NCBI GenBank assembly: GCA_021325135.1
Contig: JAJPHT010000026.1
Coordinates: forward strand, 56,094-120,093
Reading direction: 5' to 3'
DNA: 64,000 bases
Source of the DNA: Pseudomonadota bacterium
GTDB taxonomy: Archaea; Thermoplasmatota; SW-10-69-26; JACQPN01; JAJPHT01
Both the position numbers and the translations under genes were made by a program. Below the pieces are notes generated by a model. That model searched no databases. It had not been told where the DNA came from and saw only the letters and a program-made list of their open reading frames with translations. Below are positions 26,523 through 35,913 of this stretch, piece after piece (within the stretch, counting starts at the first letter, position 1; every line of letters begins with the position of its first letter).

Positions 26523-26705
26523 ATGTCCCGCGTCCTGCTCCTCGTCGCCCTCTGCGCCTTCGCCGCCGTCGCCCTCGCCCCCGCCGCCTCGGCGGACGTC
26601 ACCGTGGGCGTCCCCGTCTGCAACGTCAAGAGCAACATCTGCGTCTGCGTGGTCGAGCACGTCCCCGCGCCCGTGGACGAGCGCGCCGGCTGCCCGCCCT
26701 TCTGA
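26523..26705 (+). CDS. Secreted 4-Cys micropeptide 3
   Basis: Signal peptide, mature DVTVGVPVC-x6-CVC-x14-CPPF; GGTGAT Shine-Dalgarno overlaps the previous stop. Confidence 0.72.
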   Translation: MSRVLLLVALCAFAAVALAPAASADVTVGVPVCNVKSNICVCVVEHVPAPVDERAGCPPF

Positions 26706-27134
26706 TCAGCGGAAGTCGCCAATGCCCCAGAAGGGGCCCACGGTGGCGGCGCCCACGTCCTTGCCGTCGGTCCAGTACGGGACGTAGTGCCCGTTGTTGT
26801 AGAGGTAGAGCTTGCACGTCCCGTCGGGGTACGTCTGCACCAGGGCGGCCTGCCCCAGCTTGGGCGCGTAGAGGGGCTTGCCCGCGGCGCAGCCCACGAA
26901 CGCGCTGGGCAGGTCCACGGTCCACTCGCCCGAGCCGCCGCCCAGCGCGAGCGTGCCCGACTCGGTGGTGTGCGCCACGGTGACCTCGCCAAGGCCCAGG
27001 TCGGGCGGCGGGGTGACGTTGGGCAGGGTCCACGTCCACGTCCCCGTGAGGGCGCTGGTGGACGCGTTGGCGGGCGATCCCGCGACGGCCAGGGCCGCGC
27101 CGAAGAGAAGCAGGGCTGGTACCAGGATGCGCAA
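26706..27134 (-). CDS. Secreted hypothetical protein
   Basis: TTG start, signal peptide RILVPALLLFGAALAVAG, beta-rich mature region. Confidence 0.6.
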   Translation of the reverse strand: MRILVPALLLFGAALAVAGSPANASTSALTGTWTWTLPNVTPPPDLGLGEVTVAHTTESGTLALGGGSGEWTVDLPSAFVGCAAGKPLYAPKLGQAALVQTYPDGTCKLYLYNNGHYVPYWTDGKDVGAATVGPFWGIGDFR

Positions 27135-27220
27135 GCGCGTTTCCCCTCCCGCAGCGGGAAGGGTGCGCGCCGGCATTCCCCTTCGCGTGTCCCCTTGGCG
27201 ACGACACGTCTCGCGAGACC

Positions 27221-27868
27221 CTATGCGCCCACCGAGGGGACGCCGAGGCCGGGCAGCGCCTGGGAGAGGCCGTTGAGGATGAACTGCACCGCGACGGCCG
27301 CCAGGAGCAGGCCCATGACGCGGGTGAAGACCTGGAGGCCGCTGCGGCCCATGAAGCGGAAGAGGCGCTCGCCCGCGATGAGGAGGACCACCGCGATGGC
27401 GAAGGTCACGAGGACGGCGCCGTAGATGACCGCGCGGTCCAGCCCCTCGGGGTGGCTCGCGACGAGGATCATCACGGTGGTGATGGCGCCGGGGCCCGTG
27501 AGCAGCGGCACGCCCAGGGGCGTGATGCCGATGCTCTCGCGCTCCAGGGCGTCGGCGATCTCCTGGTCGTTGCTGTCGGCCTTGGGGCGCTCGCCCTGGA
27601 GCATGTCGAAGGCGACCTTGAAGATCAGGATGCCCCCCGCGATGCGGAAGGCGGGGATGGTGATGCTGAACACGGCGAAGATGACCTGCCCCGCGAGCCC
27701 GAAGAGGATGAGCAGCCCCGCGCCCACGAGGACGGCCTTGGCGATGACGCGGCGCCGCATGGCGGCGTCGTAGCCCCCGGTGAGGGCGAGGAAGGTGGGG
27801 ATGACGCCGATGGGGTTGACGATGGCGAAGATGCTCACCTGGATCGCCAGGAGCGTCGCCCAGTCCAC
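27221..27868 (-). CDS. MarC family membrane protein
   Basis: IFAIVNPIG, AFRIAGG, PLGVPLLTGPGAI, RVMGLLLAAVAVQ. Confidence 0.93.
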   Translation of the reverse strand: MDWATLLAIQVSIFAIVNPIGVIPTFLALTGGYDAAMRRRVIAKAVLVGAGLLILFGLAGQVIFAVFSITIPAFRIAGGILIFKVAFDMLQGERPKADSNDQEIADALERESIGITPLGVPLLTGPGAITTVMILVASHPEGLDRAVIYGAVLVTFAIAVVLLIAGERLFRFMGRSGLQVFTRVMGLLLAAVAVQFILNGLSQALPGLGVPSVGA

Positions 27869-27986
27869 GGGCGGAAGCGAGCCCCCGACGGAGAAGAACG
27901 TTTCGGAGAACGCCGGGCGTCACCCCTTGGAGGCACGGCTCGCCTTTATAACCCGGAAGGGGGGTCGAGCGCCGGAGGCTTCCCCG

Positions 27987-29537
27987 GTGAAGGCCCTCGC
28001 GCTGGCTCTCGTCCTGTCCCTCCTGGCCGTGGGCGTCCCGGCCCAGGGCGCGGCCGGCCTCCCCACGGGGTGCCGCGCCGACGGGGCGCGCTACGTCTGC
28101 GAGTGGACCGACGACGACACGCAGCCCGGGGCCGTGACCGGCCGCTCGGGCGTCTCGGGGCCGCCCCTCTTCGACCACCCGATCCCCGCCTTCCCCCGGA
28201 CGCTGGCCACCATCACCGTCACGCTGGAGCAGTACCGGCCGCCCACGCCGGGCTCGCCGATGCCGCCCCTGGGCTTCGACGCGGGCTGGCACGTCAAGGT
28301 CCTCGACGGCGCGAAGCCGCTCTCCGTGAGCCGCCACCCGGGCGACAACCGCGGGCTCCAGCGCCCCAACGAGACGGTCACCGACACCAGCGTCCACCTC
28401 CTGCTCCACGAGGGGGGCGGGGCGCCCGTGCTCCAGCTGGTCCCCACCTACGCGGACCCCGAGCAGCCCCCCTCCGGGACCGGCGACGCGCAGAGCGTGG
28501 GCACGTTCCACGTGCGCTACGTCGCCGAGGACCTGCCTGAGGGCGTCGCCCCCCGGCGGCCCGCCGCGACGGAGCAGGACCCGCAGCTTCTCGACGCGCC
28601 CGACGACGTGGTGAACCCGGCCCACGACCTGCGCGCCGCGTGGCTGGACGACGCGGCCCTGGGCGACGGCCTCTTCGAGGTCCACCTCACCGTCGCGAAC
28701 CTCACCAACCCCGACTTCTCCCAGGCGCCGACCCCCGACCCTGGCACGGGCGGCACGCCCGCGCTGCGCTGGCTGGTCCACTTCGACGTGGCCGGCCACA
28801 GCTACGGCCTCCTCTACCGCCTCCCCAGCCGCGGCGACGCGGACTGCGAGCTTCTCAGCGAGGACGACCTGGCCAACGTGCGCGTCATCATGTCGCCCGC
28901 CTGCGACGCGTGGCCCGCGCGCGGCACGATCAACTGGAGCGTCCCCGAGCGTAGCGTCGGCTCCCCCGGCTCGGGCGTCCTCTTCACCAACCTCCACGCC
29001 ACCACCGACGAGTGCCCCGAAGGGGGCCAGGCGAGCTGCCCCTCGCTGGACGACATGCAGGGCGAGCGATATCCTTTCGCGCTGGGGGGCCCGGACGTGT
29101 GGAGCCGCCTCAACCCGCGCCTCGACCCGCCCGTGCTCCCGTGGTACAAGGACCCCGTGAGCGAGGACAACCTGCCCAACACGCTCCAGGTGGTGGGCAC
29201 GATCCTCGCGGGGCTCACGTTCCTGGGCGGCGCCATCGCCGTCACGCACCGCCGCCGCCAGACGCGCCGCCTGCTGGACCGCATCGACGCCGCGGAGCAG
29301 AAGGCCGGCGTCGACTCCCGCGCCGTCCTCGTGGCGCTGGGCCGCCTGGAGGAGGAGTTCACGCTCCTCTTCCGCCGCCACCGCATCAGCGAGGCGCAGT
29401 ACCAGATCCTCAGCCAGCGCATCGCGTCGGTGGCCACGCGCTTCGCGCTGCGCCGCGAGCTGGGCCTCGTCACCGGGGAGGCCAGCGCGGTGCGCGTGCC
29501 GGTGCGCGACGCGACGCCAGAGGACGCGCCCCGCTGA
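27987..29537 (+). CDS. Large extracellular protein with C-terminal TM and cytoplasmic helical domain
   Basis: Signal peptide, ectodomain, TM (VVGTILAGLTFLGGAIAV), helical tail; TTTATAA box at ~27945. Confidence 0.7.
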   Translation: MKALALALVLSLLAVGVPAQGAAGLPTGCRADGARYVCEWTDDDTQPGAVTGRSGVSGPPLFDHPIPAFPRTLATITVTLEQYRPPTPGSPMPPLGFDAGWHVKVLDGAKPLSVSRHPGDNRGLQRPNETVTDTSVHLLLHEGGGAPVLQLVPTYADPEQPPSGTGDAQSVGTFHVRYVAEDLPEGVAPRRPAATEQDPQLLDAPDDVVNPAHDLRAAWLDDAALGDGLFEVHLTVANLTNPDFSQAPTPDPGTGGTPALRWLVHFDVAGHSYGLLYRLPSRGDADCELLSEDDLANVRVIMSPACDAWPARGTINWSVPERSVGSPGSGVLFTNLHATTDECPEGGQASCPSLDDMQGERYPFALGGPDVWSRLNPRLDPPVLPWYKDPVSEDNLPNTLQVVGTILAGLTFLGGAIAVTHRRRQTRRLLDRIDAAEQKAGVDSRAVLVALGRLEEEFTLLFRRHRISEAQYQILSQRIASVATRFALRRELGLVTGEASAVRVPVRDATPEDAPR

Positions 29538-29598
29538 CCGCTCCACTTTCGGGGACCCCGGAGCGAGGCCCATCCAGGGCGCGGCGCTCGCATGGGGC

Positions 29599-30060
29599 GT
29601 GTACGCCGTCGTCGCGTGCCCGCGCTGCCGCCGCTCCCTCGTCGTCGAGGAGGGGCGCCGGCAGGCCGCCTGCGTGCGCTGCAGCCGCCCGTTGGACCTC
29701 GCCAGCGTGCGCGCGTTCCACCGTGGCGAGGACGCGGAGGAGGCGCGCCGCGTGGCGGGGCTCGTGAACGCGCGCCTCGCCGGCCGCGAAGGAGAATGGG
29801 AGCGCTCCCTCGTCCCCCCACCTCCGCGAGAGGCGCGGCACGACGACCGCCACCACGCCGCCGCGGCGGCCGCGCGCAAGGCCCGCAGCGAGAAGGACCG
29901 CGCCGACGCCATCGCCCGCGCGCTGGGCGAGTTCACCCAGGAGGACCTGGAGCGCGCCTTCGCGCTGGCGCGCGTGGGCAAGCCGGAGGCGCACCTGGCG
30001 CGCATGCTCGCGACGCAGGTGGTCCACGAGCCGCGGCCGCTGGCGTATCGCGCGCTCTGA
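29599..30060 (+). CDS. Archaeal Zn-ribbon protein (DUF1922/DUF5817-like)
   Basis: MYAVVACPRC...CVRC with a C-terminal wHTH-like 'VHEPRPLAYR'. Confidence 0.7.
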   Translation: MYAVVACPRCRRSLVVEEGRRQAACVRCSRPLDLASVRAFHRGEDAEEARRVAGLVNARLAGREGEWERSLVPPPPREARHDDRHHAAAAAARKARSEKDRADAIARALGEFTQEDLERAFALARVGKPEAHLARMLATQVVHEPRPLAYRAL

Positions 30061-30067
30061 AAAGCGA

Positions 30068-30382
30068 TCAGCGGTGGGCGGCCTTGCCGCCCTTGCGGCC
30101 CGCCTTGGCGTGCTGCGCCTTGCTGCCGCCGCGGGACTTGCCGCCCTTGCGGCCGGCCTTCTTCGAGGCGCGGCTCGCGGCCTTGCGGCCCCCCTTCTTC
30201 GCCTTGCGCGCGCCCTTGCTCTTGGAGCCCGAGCGCTTCGCGGGCGTCTTCTCGCCCTTCCGCCGCGCCTCGCTCATGGCGGCGGCGACGGCCTGGTCCT
30301 GAGGCATCCCCTCGTGGCGGTGCTTCTTGACGTGGCGGCTGATGGTCTTGCGCGCGGACGAGGAGTAGGCGCTTTCGGCCAT
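30068..30382 (-). CDS. Basic protein, DUF6496-like with Lys/Arg/Gly-rich tail
   Basis: QAVAAAMSEARRKGEKTP motif followed by repeated KKGGRK/KAGRKGGK. Confidence 0.65.
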   Translation of the reverse strand: MAESAYSSSARKTISRHVKKHRHEGMPQDQAVAAAMSEARRKGEKTPAKRSGSKSKGARKAKKGGRKAASRASKKAGRKGGKSRGGSKAQHAKAGRKGGKAAHR

Positions 30383-30526
30383 GCGGCGGTGGTGCGTCGT
30401 CACATGCTAAACCCTGTCGCCTGCCCGCGCATCGTTCGCAGGCAGCCGCGCTCTCGGCGGGGACGCGGCCTCCGGACGGGCGCAACGCACTTACCCTGCG
30501 CCCGGCATCCGCCGCGCGGGTTAACT

Positions 30527-31162
30527 ATGGCGTTCCAGCTTCCGAACCTTCCCTACGCGACCGACGCCCTGGAGCCGTCCATCGACAAGATGACCATGGA
30601 GATCCACCACGGCCGCCACCACAAGGCCTACGTGGACAACCTCAACAAGGCGCTCGAAGGCAAGCCCGACTGGGAGAAGAAGGGCCTCGACGCGATCCTC
30701 GCCGACCTCAACGCCGTTCCGCAGGACGTCCGCATGGCGGTGCGCAACAACGGCGGCGGCCACTGGAACCACAGCCTCTTCTGGCAGATCATGGCGCCCA
30801 AGGGGAACGGCGGGCACGCCAGCAGCGAGCTGGCCCGCGCCATCGACGCGGACCTGGGCGGCATGGACAAGATGAAGGCCGCCGTGAACGACGCGGGCGT
30901 CAAGCGCTTCGGCAGCGGCTGGAGCTGGATCGTCCTGGGCAACGACGGCAAGCTCCACGTCACGAGCACGCCCAACCAGGACAACCCGCTCATGAAGGGC
31001 GTCGTCGAGGTCACGGGCCACCCCATCCTCGGCGTCGACGTCTGGGAGCACGCGTACTACCTGAAGTACCAGAACAAGCGCGCCGACTACCTCGCCGCCT
31101 GGTGGGACGTCGTCAACTGGGGCAAGGTCTCCGAGCTCTACGCGCAGGCCAAGAAGCACTAA
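30527..31162 (+). CDS. sodA: Superoxide dismutase [Mn], bacterial type
   Basis: LPYATDALEP, HHGRHH, NNGGGHWNH, FGSGWSW, TPNQDNP, DVWEHAYY. Confidence 0.95.
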   Translation: MAFQLPNLPYATDALEPSIDKMTMEIHHGRHHKAYVDNLNKALEGKPDWEKKGLDAILADLNAVPQDVRMAVRNNGGGHWNHSLFWQIMAPKGNGGHASSELARAIDADLGGMDKMKAAVNDAGVKRFGSGWSWIVLGNDGKLHVTSTPNQDNPLMKGVVEVTGHPILGVDVWEHAYYLKYQNKRADYLAAWWDVVNWGKVSELYAQAKKH

Positions 31163-31204
31163 GAAAAGACCGGCGGCCGATCAAGGCCGCCGTGACGTCT
31201 CTTT

Positions 31205-31498
31205 TTAGGCCGCCAGGATCGGGTACGTCGTGCTGTAGCACGGGTGGCCGCCGATCTCGTGGTCGACGACGGCGCAGATGACGCCGTCGTAGTAGATCAG
31301 CTCGCCGTCGACGTAGTTGATGGTGGGCTGGGCGACGACGATGATGCCCTGCGCGGTGTCGTAGACGGCGCACTCGCCGCGGTGGACGGCGTCGGGCTGG
31401 GTGCGGTCGCAGATGCTCACGGAGCCCTGCGCGGACGCCAGGGGAAGGGCGGCGAGCACGAGCAGCAGCGAGGCGGCGAGGGGGACGATGGTCTTCAT
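31205..31498 (-). CDS. Small secreted 4-Cys protein
   Basis: Signal peptide ending ASA; four Cys. Confidence 0.6.
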   Translation of the reverse strand: MKTIVPLAASLLLVLAALPLASAQGSVSICDRTQPDAVHRGECAVYDTAQGIIVVAQPTINYVDGELIYYDGVICAVVDHEIGGHPCYSTTYPILAA

Positions 31499-31595
31499 GG
31501 TGGGGAACCTCCGGAGCCAACGGCTCCGGCCCGCTGGAGCCCGCTGGCAGGCGATGAAGACTTCGCCCTAGCAGTTACTGAAGTGCGCGCAAGCG

Positions 31596-33401
31596 TTAGC
31601 GTGGAACCTTGCGCGCGCGGCCCAGCGCGGCGCCCATCGCGCACGCGGCGCCGATGGCCAAGGCGCCCACGAGGAGGGGCGAGGCGTTGACGACGCCCAG
31701 GAGGCGCGTCGCGCCGGACTGCGGCACGAAGAAGCCGCCCTCGGGCACGAACGCCGCGTGGGCGCGCATCGCGGCGGGCACGTCGACGACGCGCTCCGTG
31801 CGCACGGTGATGGCGCCGTCCACGGCGTAGGTCGTGCCGGGCATGACGCCGTTGGGCCGCGCGCGCAGCGCGTAGGCGCCGGGCGCCACGGCGTGCGCGA
31901 GGTGCAGGTGCCCCGCGGCGTCCTGGTCAAAGGGGAAGGAGCCCTCGGGGCCGTCCAGCTCGGCGCTGAACGCGCCGGCCGAGCCCGAGGCGTTGAGCCA
32001 CAGGTCCGCCGCGACGCCGCCCTGCGGCACCGTGACGGGAAGGACGATCTCGCTGGCGGGCGGCAGCTTCGCCGCGCCGTCGTCGGCGAGCACGAGCCCC
32101 GCCGCGGCGAGCACGGTGCCCGACGCGTGGACGGGAAGCTGCGTCTCGACGACCACCAGGCGGCGCCCCTCCTCGCTCGCGCGCGCCGCGTCCAGCGCGG
32201 CCGCCACGTCGAGCATGCCGTAGCCCGTGCCCGAGTCGGGACCCGCGGGGCCCATGTCGCGCGCGCTGCCGGTGAGGATCGCCGCGACGCTGGCGGGCGT
32301 GAGCGCCGGGTGCGCGTCGAGCAGGAGCGCGGCCGCCGCGGCGACCTGCGGCGCGGCCATGCTCGTGCCGTTCATGACCGTGTAGTAGCGGGCCTCGGCG
32401 CTGGACGCGCCCGAGAAGGTGGCCGCGTTGGCGCGCGCGCTCTCGATGGCCGTGCCGGGCGCCGCGAGATCGGGCTTCACCCACGCGAGCGCGCGGCCCC
32501 CGGCATCCGTCGCCGGCCCGCGGCTGCTGTACGGCTCCGCCTGGCCCGAAGGAGAGCCCGCCGCCACCGTGAGCACGTTGGGGTTCGTCGCCTCGGTCGT
32601 CAGCGTCGCATCGCCATCGCGCCCCCGGTTCCCCGCGCTGAACACCACCACGAGCCCATCCGCCACGAGCCCATCCGACGCCCGGATCACCGGATCGTCC
32701 GCATCGTAATGCGCATCCGGCTTCTCGCGCCCCCACGAATTGCTCACCACCCGGATGTCGTACTGGGCGTGGTGCTCGTGGATCCAGGCGAAGGCGCGCA
32801 CCGCCGTCGTCGTCGTGAAGGAGGAGCTGATGTCCACCGCGACGAGCTTCGCGCCGGGAGCCAGGCCGTGCAGGCGGCCGTTCTGGCTCTGCGCGCCGCT
32901 CCCCGCCACGATGCCCGCGACGTGCGTGCCGTGGCCGTCGGAGTCGCCGCGCCCCGCGTCCACGCTGCCGTCCGCCTCGATGCGCACCGAGGCCGCCACG
33001 CGCCCCGCGAAGCCCGGGTGCTGCGCGTCAAGGCCCGAGTCCACCAGGGCCACGGTCACGTTGCGGCCCGTGGGCCAGTCCGTGGCGCCCGCGGGAGGGT
33101 CCGCGTGGTCGATGGCGCGGGCGCGGTCCAGGAGGAGCGTCACCGGCTCGTCGCGGTAGACGCCCGCGACGCCGGGCAGCGAGCGCAGCGCGTCCAGGGC
33201 CGAGGCGGGGCCTTCGAGGAGCGCCACGCGAGCGAAGGGGAAGGCCTCGACGACGCGCGCCGGCCCGAAGCTTGACCCCACCGCGGGGGGCGCGTCGTCG
33301 AAGCTCACCAGGCGCCGCTCCGTCCCCTCGGCCGTGGCCGCCGGCAGGAGGACCGGGGCGACGAGCAAGAGCGCGAATCCGAGGAGGACGGCGCGGCGCA
33401 C
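31596..33401 (-). CDS. S8 (subtilisin-like) serine protease with C-terminal membrane anchor
   Basis: VALVDSG, GHGTHVAG, FSAGN, GTSMAAPQVA; signal peptide and propeptide. Confidence 0.93.
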   Translation of the reverse strand: MRRAVLLGFALLLVAPVLLPAATAEGTERRLVSFDDAPPAVGSSFGPARVVEAFPFARVALLEGPASALDALRSLPGVAGVYRDEPVTLLLDRARAIDHADPPAGATDWPTGRNVTVALVDSGLDAQHPGFAGRVAASVRIEADGSVDAGRGDSDGHGTHVAGIVAGSGAQSQNGRLHGLAPGAKLVAVDISSSFTTTTAVRAFAWIHEHHAQYDIRVVSNSWGREKPDAHYDADDPVIRASDGLVADGLVVVFSAGNRGRDGDATLTTEATNPNVLTVAAGSPSGQAEPYSSRGPATDAGGRALAWVKPDLAAPGTAIESARANAATFSGASSAEARYYTVMNGTSMAAPQVAAAAALLLDAHPALTPASVAAILTGSARDMGPAGPDSGTGYGMLDVAAALDAARASEEGRRLVVVETQLPVHASGTVLAAAGLVLADDGAAKLPPASEIVLPVTVPQGGVAADLWLNASGSAGAFSAELDGPEGSFPFDQDAAGHLHLAHAVAPGAYALRARPNGVMPGTTYAVDGAITVRTERVVDVPAAMRAHAAFVPEGGFFVPQSGATRLLGVVNASPLLVGALAIGAACAMGAALGRARKVPR

Positions 33402-33483
33402 GCTCCGTGTCTCTGCACGGACCGGCCATCAAGCGCCACGGCTGGCGCCCCGGGGACGCTGGCGCGTGGGCGTTTCGGCCAAG

Positions 33484-33519
33484 GGGGACCAGGGGACCTG
33501 GGCCCCTGGGGCCCAGGGG
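33484..33519. repeat. 8-bp tandem repeat
   Basis: ggggacca/ggggacct/gggcccct/ggggccca/gggg. Confidence 0.5.
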
Positions 33520-33570
33520 TTTTGTCGACTCCCTGGCATCGTATTCCCTGCGCCGCAGCGCGGTGACATG

Positions 33571-33887
33571 AGGGGGTTTCAGGGCGAAGCCCCCTGACGT
33601 GAAGGGAAAGCCTGGCAGACAACCCAGACTTCAGGGGGCTGTGCCCAGCACCGCGCACGTAGGCCATCGCGAGTGGCGGGCGACTTGAGGAAGCGCCCTC
33701 GTGGGTTCGCTCCGCCAAGGGATTTGCCTCCAGAAAAGGCGGGACTCCGCGCAACGAGGGACCACGCCACCGTGCAGGGACCTCAAAAAATCCCTTGCGT
33801 GGGCGATGCTGGGCACAGCCCCCTGGTGCTAGGTCGTCGGATCGGGAGAACGAGACGTCAGGGGGGCGAGCCCCCCTGAAACCCCCC
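33571..33887. repeat. REPIN-like pair, copy 3, expanded by a nested element
   Basis: Left arm GGGGGTTTCAGGGCGAAGCCCCCTGACGTGAAG; right arm ACGTCAGGGGGGCGAGCCCCCCTGAAACCCCCC. Confidence 0.8.
33632..33825. mobile_element. MITE-like element (194 bp) with ~32-bp imperfect terminal inverted repeats
   Basis: Left CAGGGGGCTGTGCCCAGCACCGCGCACGTAGG; right (reverse complement) CAGGGGGCTGTGCCCAGCATCGCCCACGCAAGG; no credible ORF inside. Confidence 0.6.
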
Positions 33888-33928
33888 GGTTTGCGCGCGC
33901 AATACGCGAAGCAGGGGGCCGGCGTTTC

Positions 33929-35836
33929 TTACGAGGACGTCTGATAGCTTCCCGTCAGCGTCCAGGCGTTGCCGCCCGTGTCCGAGGGCGCCGAGACGGG
34001 CGTGCCCGCCGGGGGCTGCACCGGGAGCGGGCCCGTGGGGCCGTCGGCCGAGTAGCCGCCCTGGTCGCTGTGGACGATCTCCACGGTCCAGACGCCGCCC
34101 GTCGCGCCGTCGACCTTCACGTCGACCGTGCCCTTGCCGTCGGCGCCGTTCTTGGCCGTGGCCATGCCGACCATGGTGCCGTTGGGCGCGATGACGTGGA
34201 CGGCGTAGCCGTCGGGCGTCGACGAGTAGCCGGTGGGCGCGGGGGCGTCGGTCCAGGCCAGCTTGACCTCGAAGGCGCCCGTCGCGTTGTCGGGGAGCGT
34301 GAACGTCTGCGTGGCGTTCGCCTTGGGGGCGGTGGTGCCCTTGGCGTCGGGGAGCGCGTGCGTCACCAGCGAGGCCGCCGAGAGGGGCTCGCTGCCGCCC
34401 GCGCTGCTCGTGACCTTCTGGACCGGGACCGCGCTGCCCGCGAGGACGAGGGCGGGGATGGCCAGGAGGATGAGCAGGGCGGCGACGAGGCCCATGGGGA
34501 GGCGGCGGCGCGGCGCGGGCTCCGAGGGGGCCTCGCGCGTCTTGCGCGTGACGATCCAGTTGTAGATGAGGAACGCGCCCGCGCTGGCGAAGCCGATGCT
34601 GGCCATGATGGCCCAGTAGAGCTCGGGGCGGCCCAGCTCGACGCCGAACTTGGCGTAGAGGTCGCCGCCCACCTTGGCGCCCAGGAACTGGCCCACGCCG
34701 ATGGGGATGAAGCCGTAGCCCAGGAAGGTGCTGACCTTCTCGGAGGGCGCGATGCGGGAGACGTAGGCGAGCCACGCGGGGTAGGTGATCAGCTCGCCGA
34801 TGCTGTAGACGACGACGCCGCTTGCGAAGAGGAGGCTCGTGCCGGTGAAGCCGATCATGATCAGGCCCACGGCGTAGACGAGGACGCCGGTGGCGATGAG
34901 GGTGAGGGGCTTGAAGCGCGTCGCCAGGGGCGCGATGAGGGGCGCGCCCACGACGATGACCAGCGGGTTGAGCGTCTGGAGGTAGAGCTCGTTGAACCAC
35001 GAGGGCATCCGGTGGAAGTCGTCCATGTAGGCGGGCAGGAACGAGAGCACCAGGCCGTACATGAACCAGAAGCCGGCGTAGATCGCCATGAGCACGAGGA
35101 AGCTCGGGTAGTGGCGCACCTCGCCGAGGACCTTCATGCTCTCGCCGAAGCTCTTGTCCTTCTGCGGCGCGCGCAGGTTGCGGTAGACGAAGAGCGCGAC
35201 GAGGACGTTGAGGGCGACCAAGGCCGCGGAGACGGCGAAGGTGAGGTGCCAGAGGCGCGTGTCGCCCTGGTTGCCCCAGCCGAGGATCGTGCCCGCCAGC
35301 GCGATGCCCAGGGGGAAGATCAGCGCGCCCAGGTTGATGCACGCGTAGTAGATGGAGAACGCGAGGCTGCGCTTCTCGTCGCTGGAGGTCTGCGTGACGA
35401 TGGAGGCGGGGATGGGCTTGAAGATGCCCGCGCCCACGCCGATGAGGAGGACGTAGGCCACGACCATCCAGGGGACGCTGGTGAGGAAGCTCGTCGTGTA
35501 GCCCGCCGCGAGGAGGACGAAGACGAGGACGAGGCTGGAGCGGTAGCCGAAGCGCTCCGTGAAGGGGGACGCCACGACGGGGACCGCGTAGAGGAGCAGG
35601 AAGAGCAGCGCGCCGAAGGTGGCGGCCAGGGAGGTGGCGGCGACCGCGGTCATGCCGGCGCCCTGGAAGACGCTGCGCATGAACACGGTGGAGACGGCGG
35701 CGAAGGAGTAGTACGCGCCGCGCTCCAAGAGCTCGATGCCGTTCACGACCCAGAAGGTCTTGGGGAAGGCGAAGGCCGACCGCATGCGGTCCTTCGTGGA
35801 GGGCTTCGCGTCGGGAGTGGCAGCCGGGCTCGACAC
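33929..35836 (-). CDS. MFS (POT/PTR-like) transporter with C-terminal extracellular beta domain
   Basis: ELLERGAYY (ExxERxxYY), GAGIFKP, FSIYYACINLGA; extra TM and a Thr/Gly-rich domain; TTTTAAG box upstream of GTG 35836. Confidence 0.88.
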   Translation of the reverse strand: MSSPAATPDAKPSTKDRMRSAFAFPKTFWVVNGIELLERGAYYSFAAVSTVFMRSVFQGAGMTAVAATSLAATFGALLFLLLYAVPVVASPFTERFGYRSSLVLVFVLLAAGYTTSFLTSVPWMVVAYVLLIGVGAGIFKPIPASIVTQTSSDEKRSLAFSIYYACINLGALIFPLGIALAGTILGWGNQGDTRLWHLTFAVSAALVALNVLVALFVYRNLRAPQKDKSFGESMKVLGEVRHYPSFLVLMAIYAGFWFMYGLVLSFLPAYMDDFHRMPSWFNELYLQTLNPLVIVVGAPLIAPLATRFKPLTLIATGVLVYAVGLIMIGFTGTSLLFASGVVVYSIGELITYPAWLAYVSRIAPSEKVSTFLGYGFIPIGVGQFLGAKVGGDLYAKFGVELGRPELYWAIMASIGFASAGAFLIYNWIVTRKTREAPSEPAPRRRLPMGLVAALLILLAIPALVLAGSAVPVQKVTSSAGGSEPLSAASLVTHALPDAKGTTAPKANATQTFTLPDNATGAFEVKLAWTDAPAPTGYSSTPDGYAVHVIAPNGTMVGMATAKNGADGKGTVDVKVDGATGGVWTVEIVHSDQGGYSADGPTGPLPVQPPAGTPVSAPSDTGGNAWTLTGSYQTSS

Positions 35837-35913
35837 GGGGATCAGCACGAACCTCGCGGGGGACTTAAAAGGGCTTCTTGGCCAAGCCTTGATCAAGGCA
35901 CGCCCCCGATTGG

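Noticed and set aside
33579-33879. Short ORFs inside the REPIN/MITE region
   Set aside because: No transposase motifs or coding bias; explained by repeat DNA.
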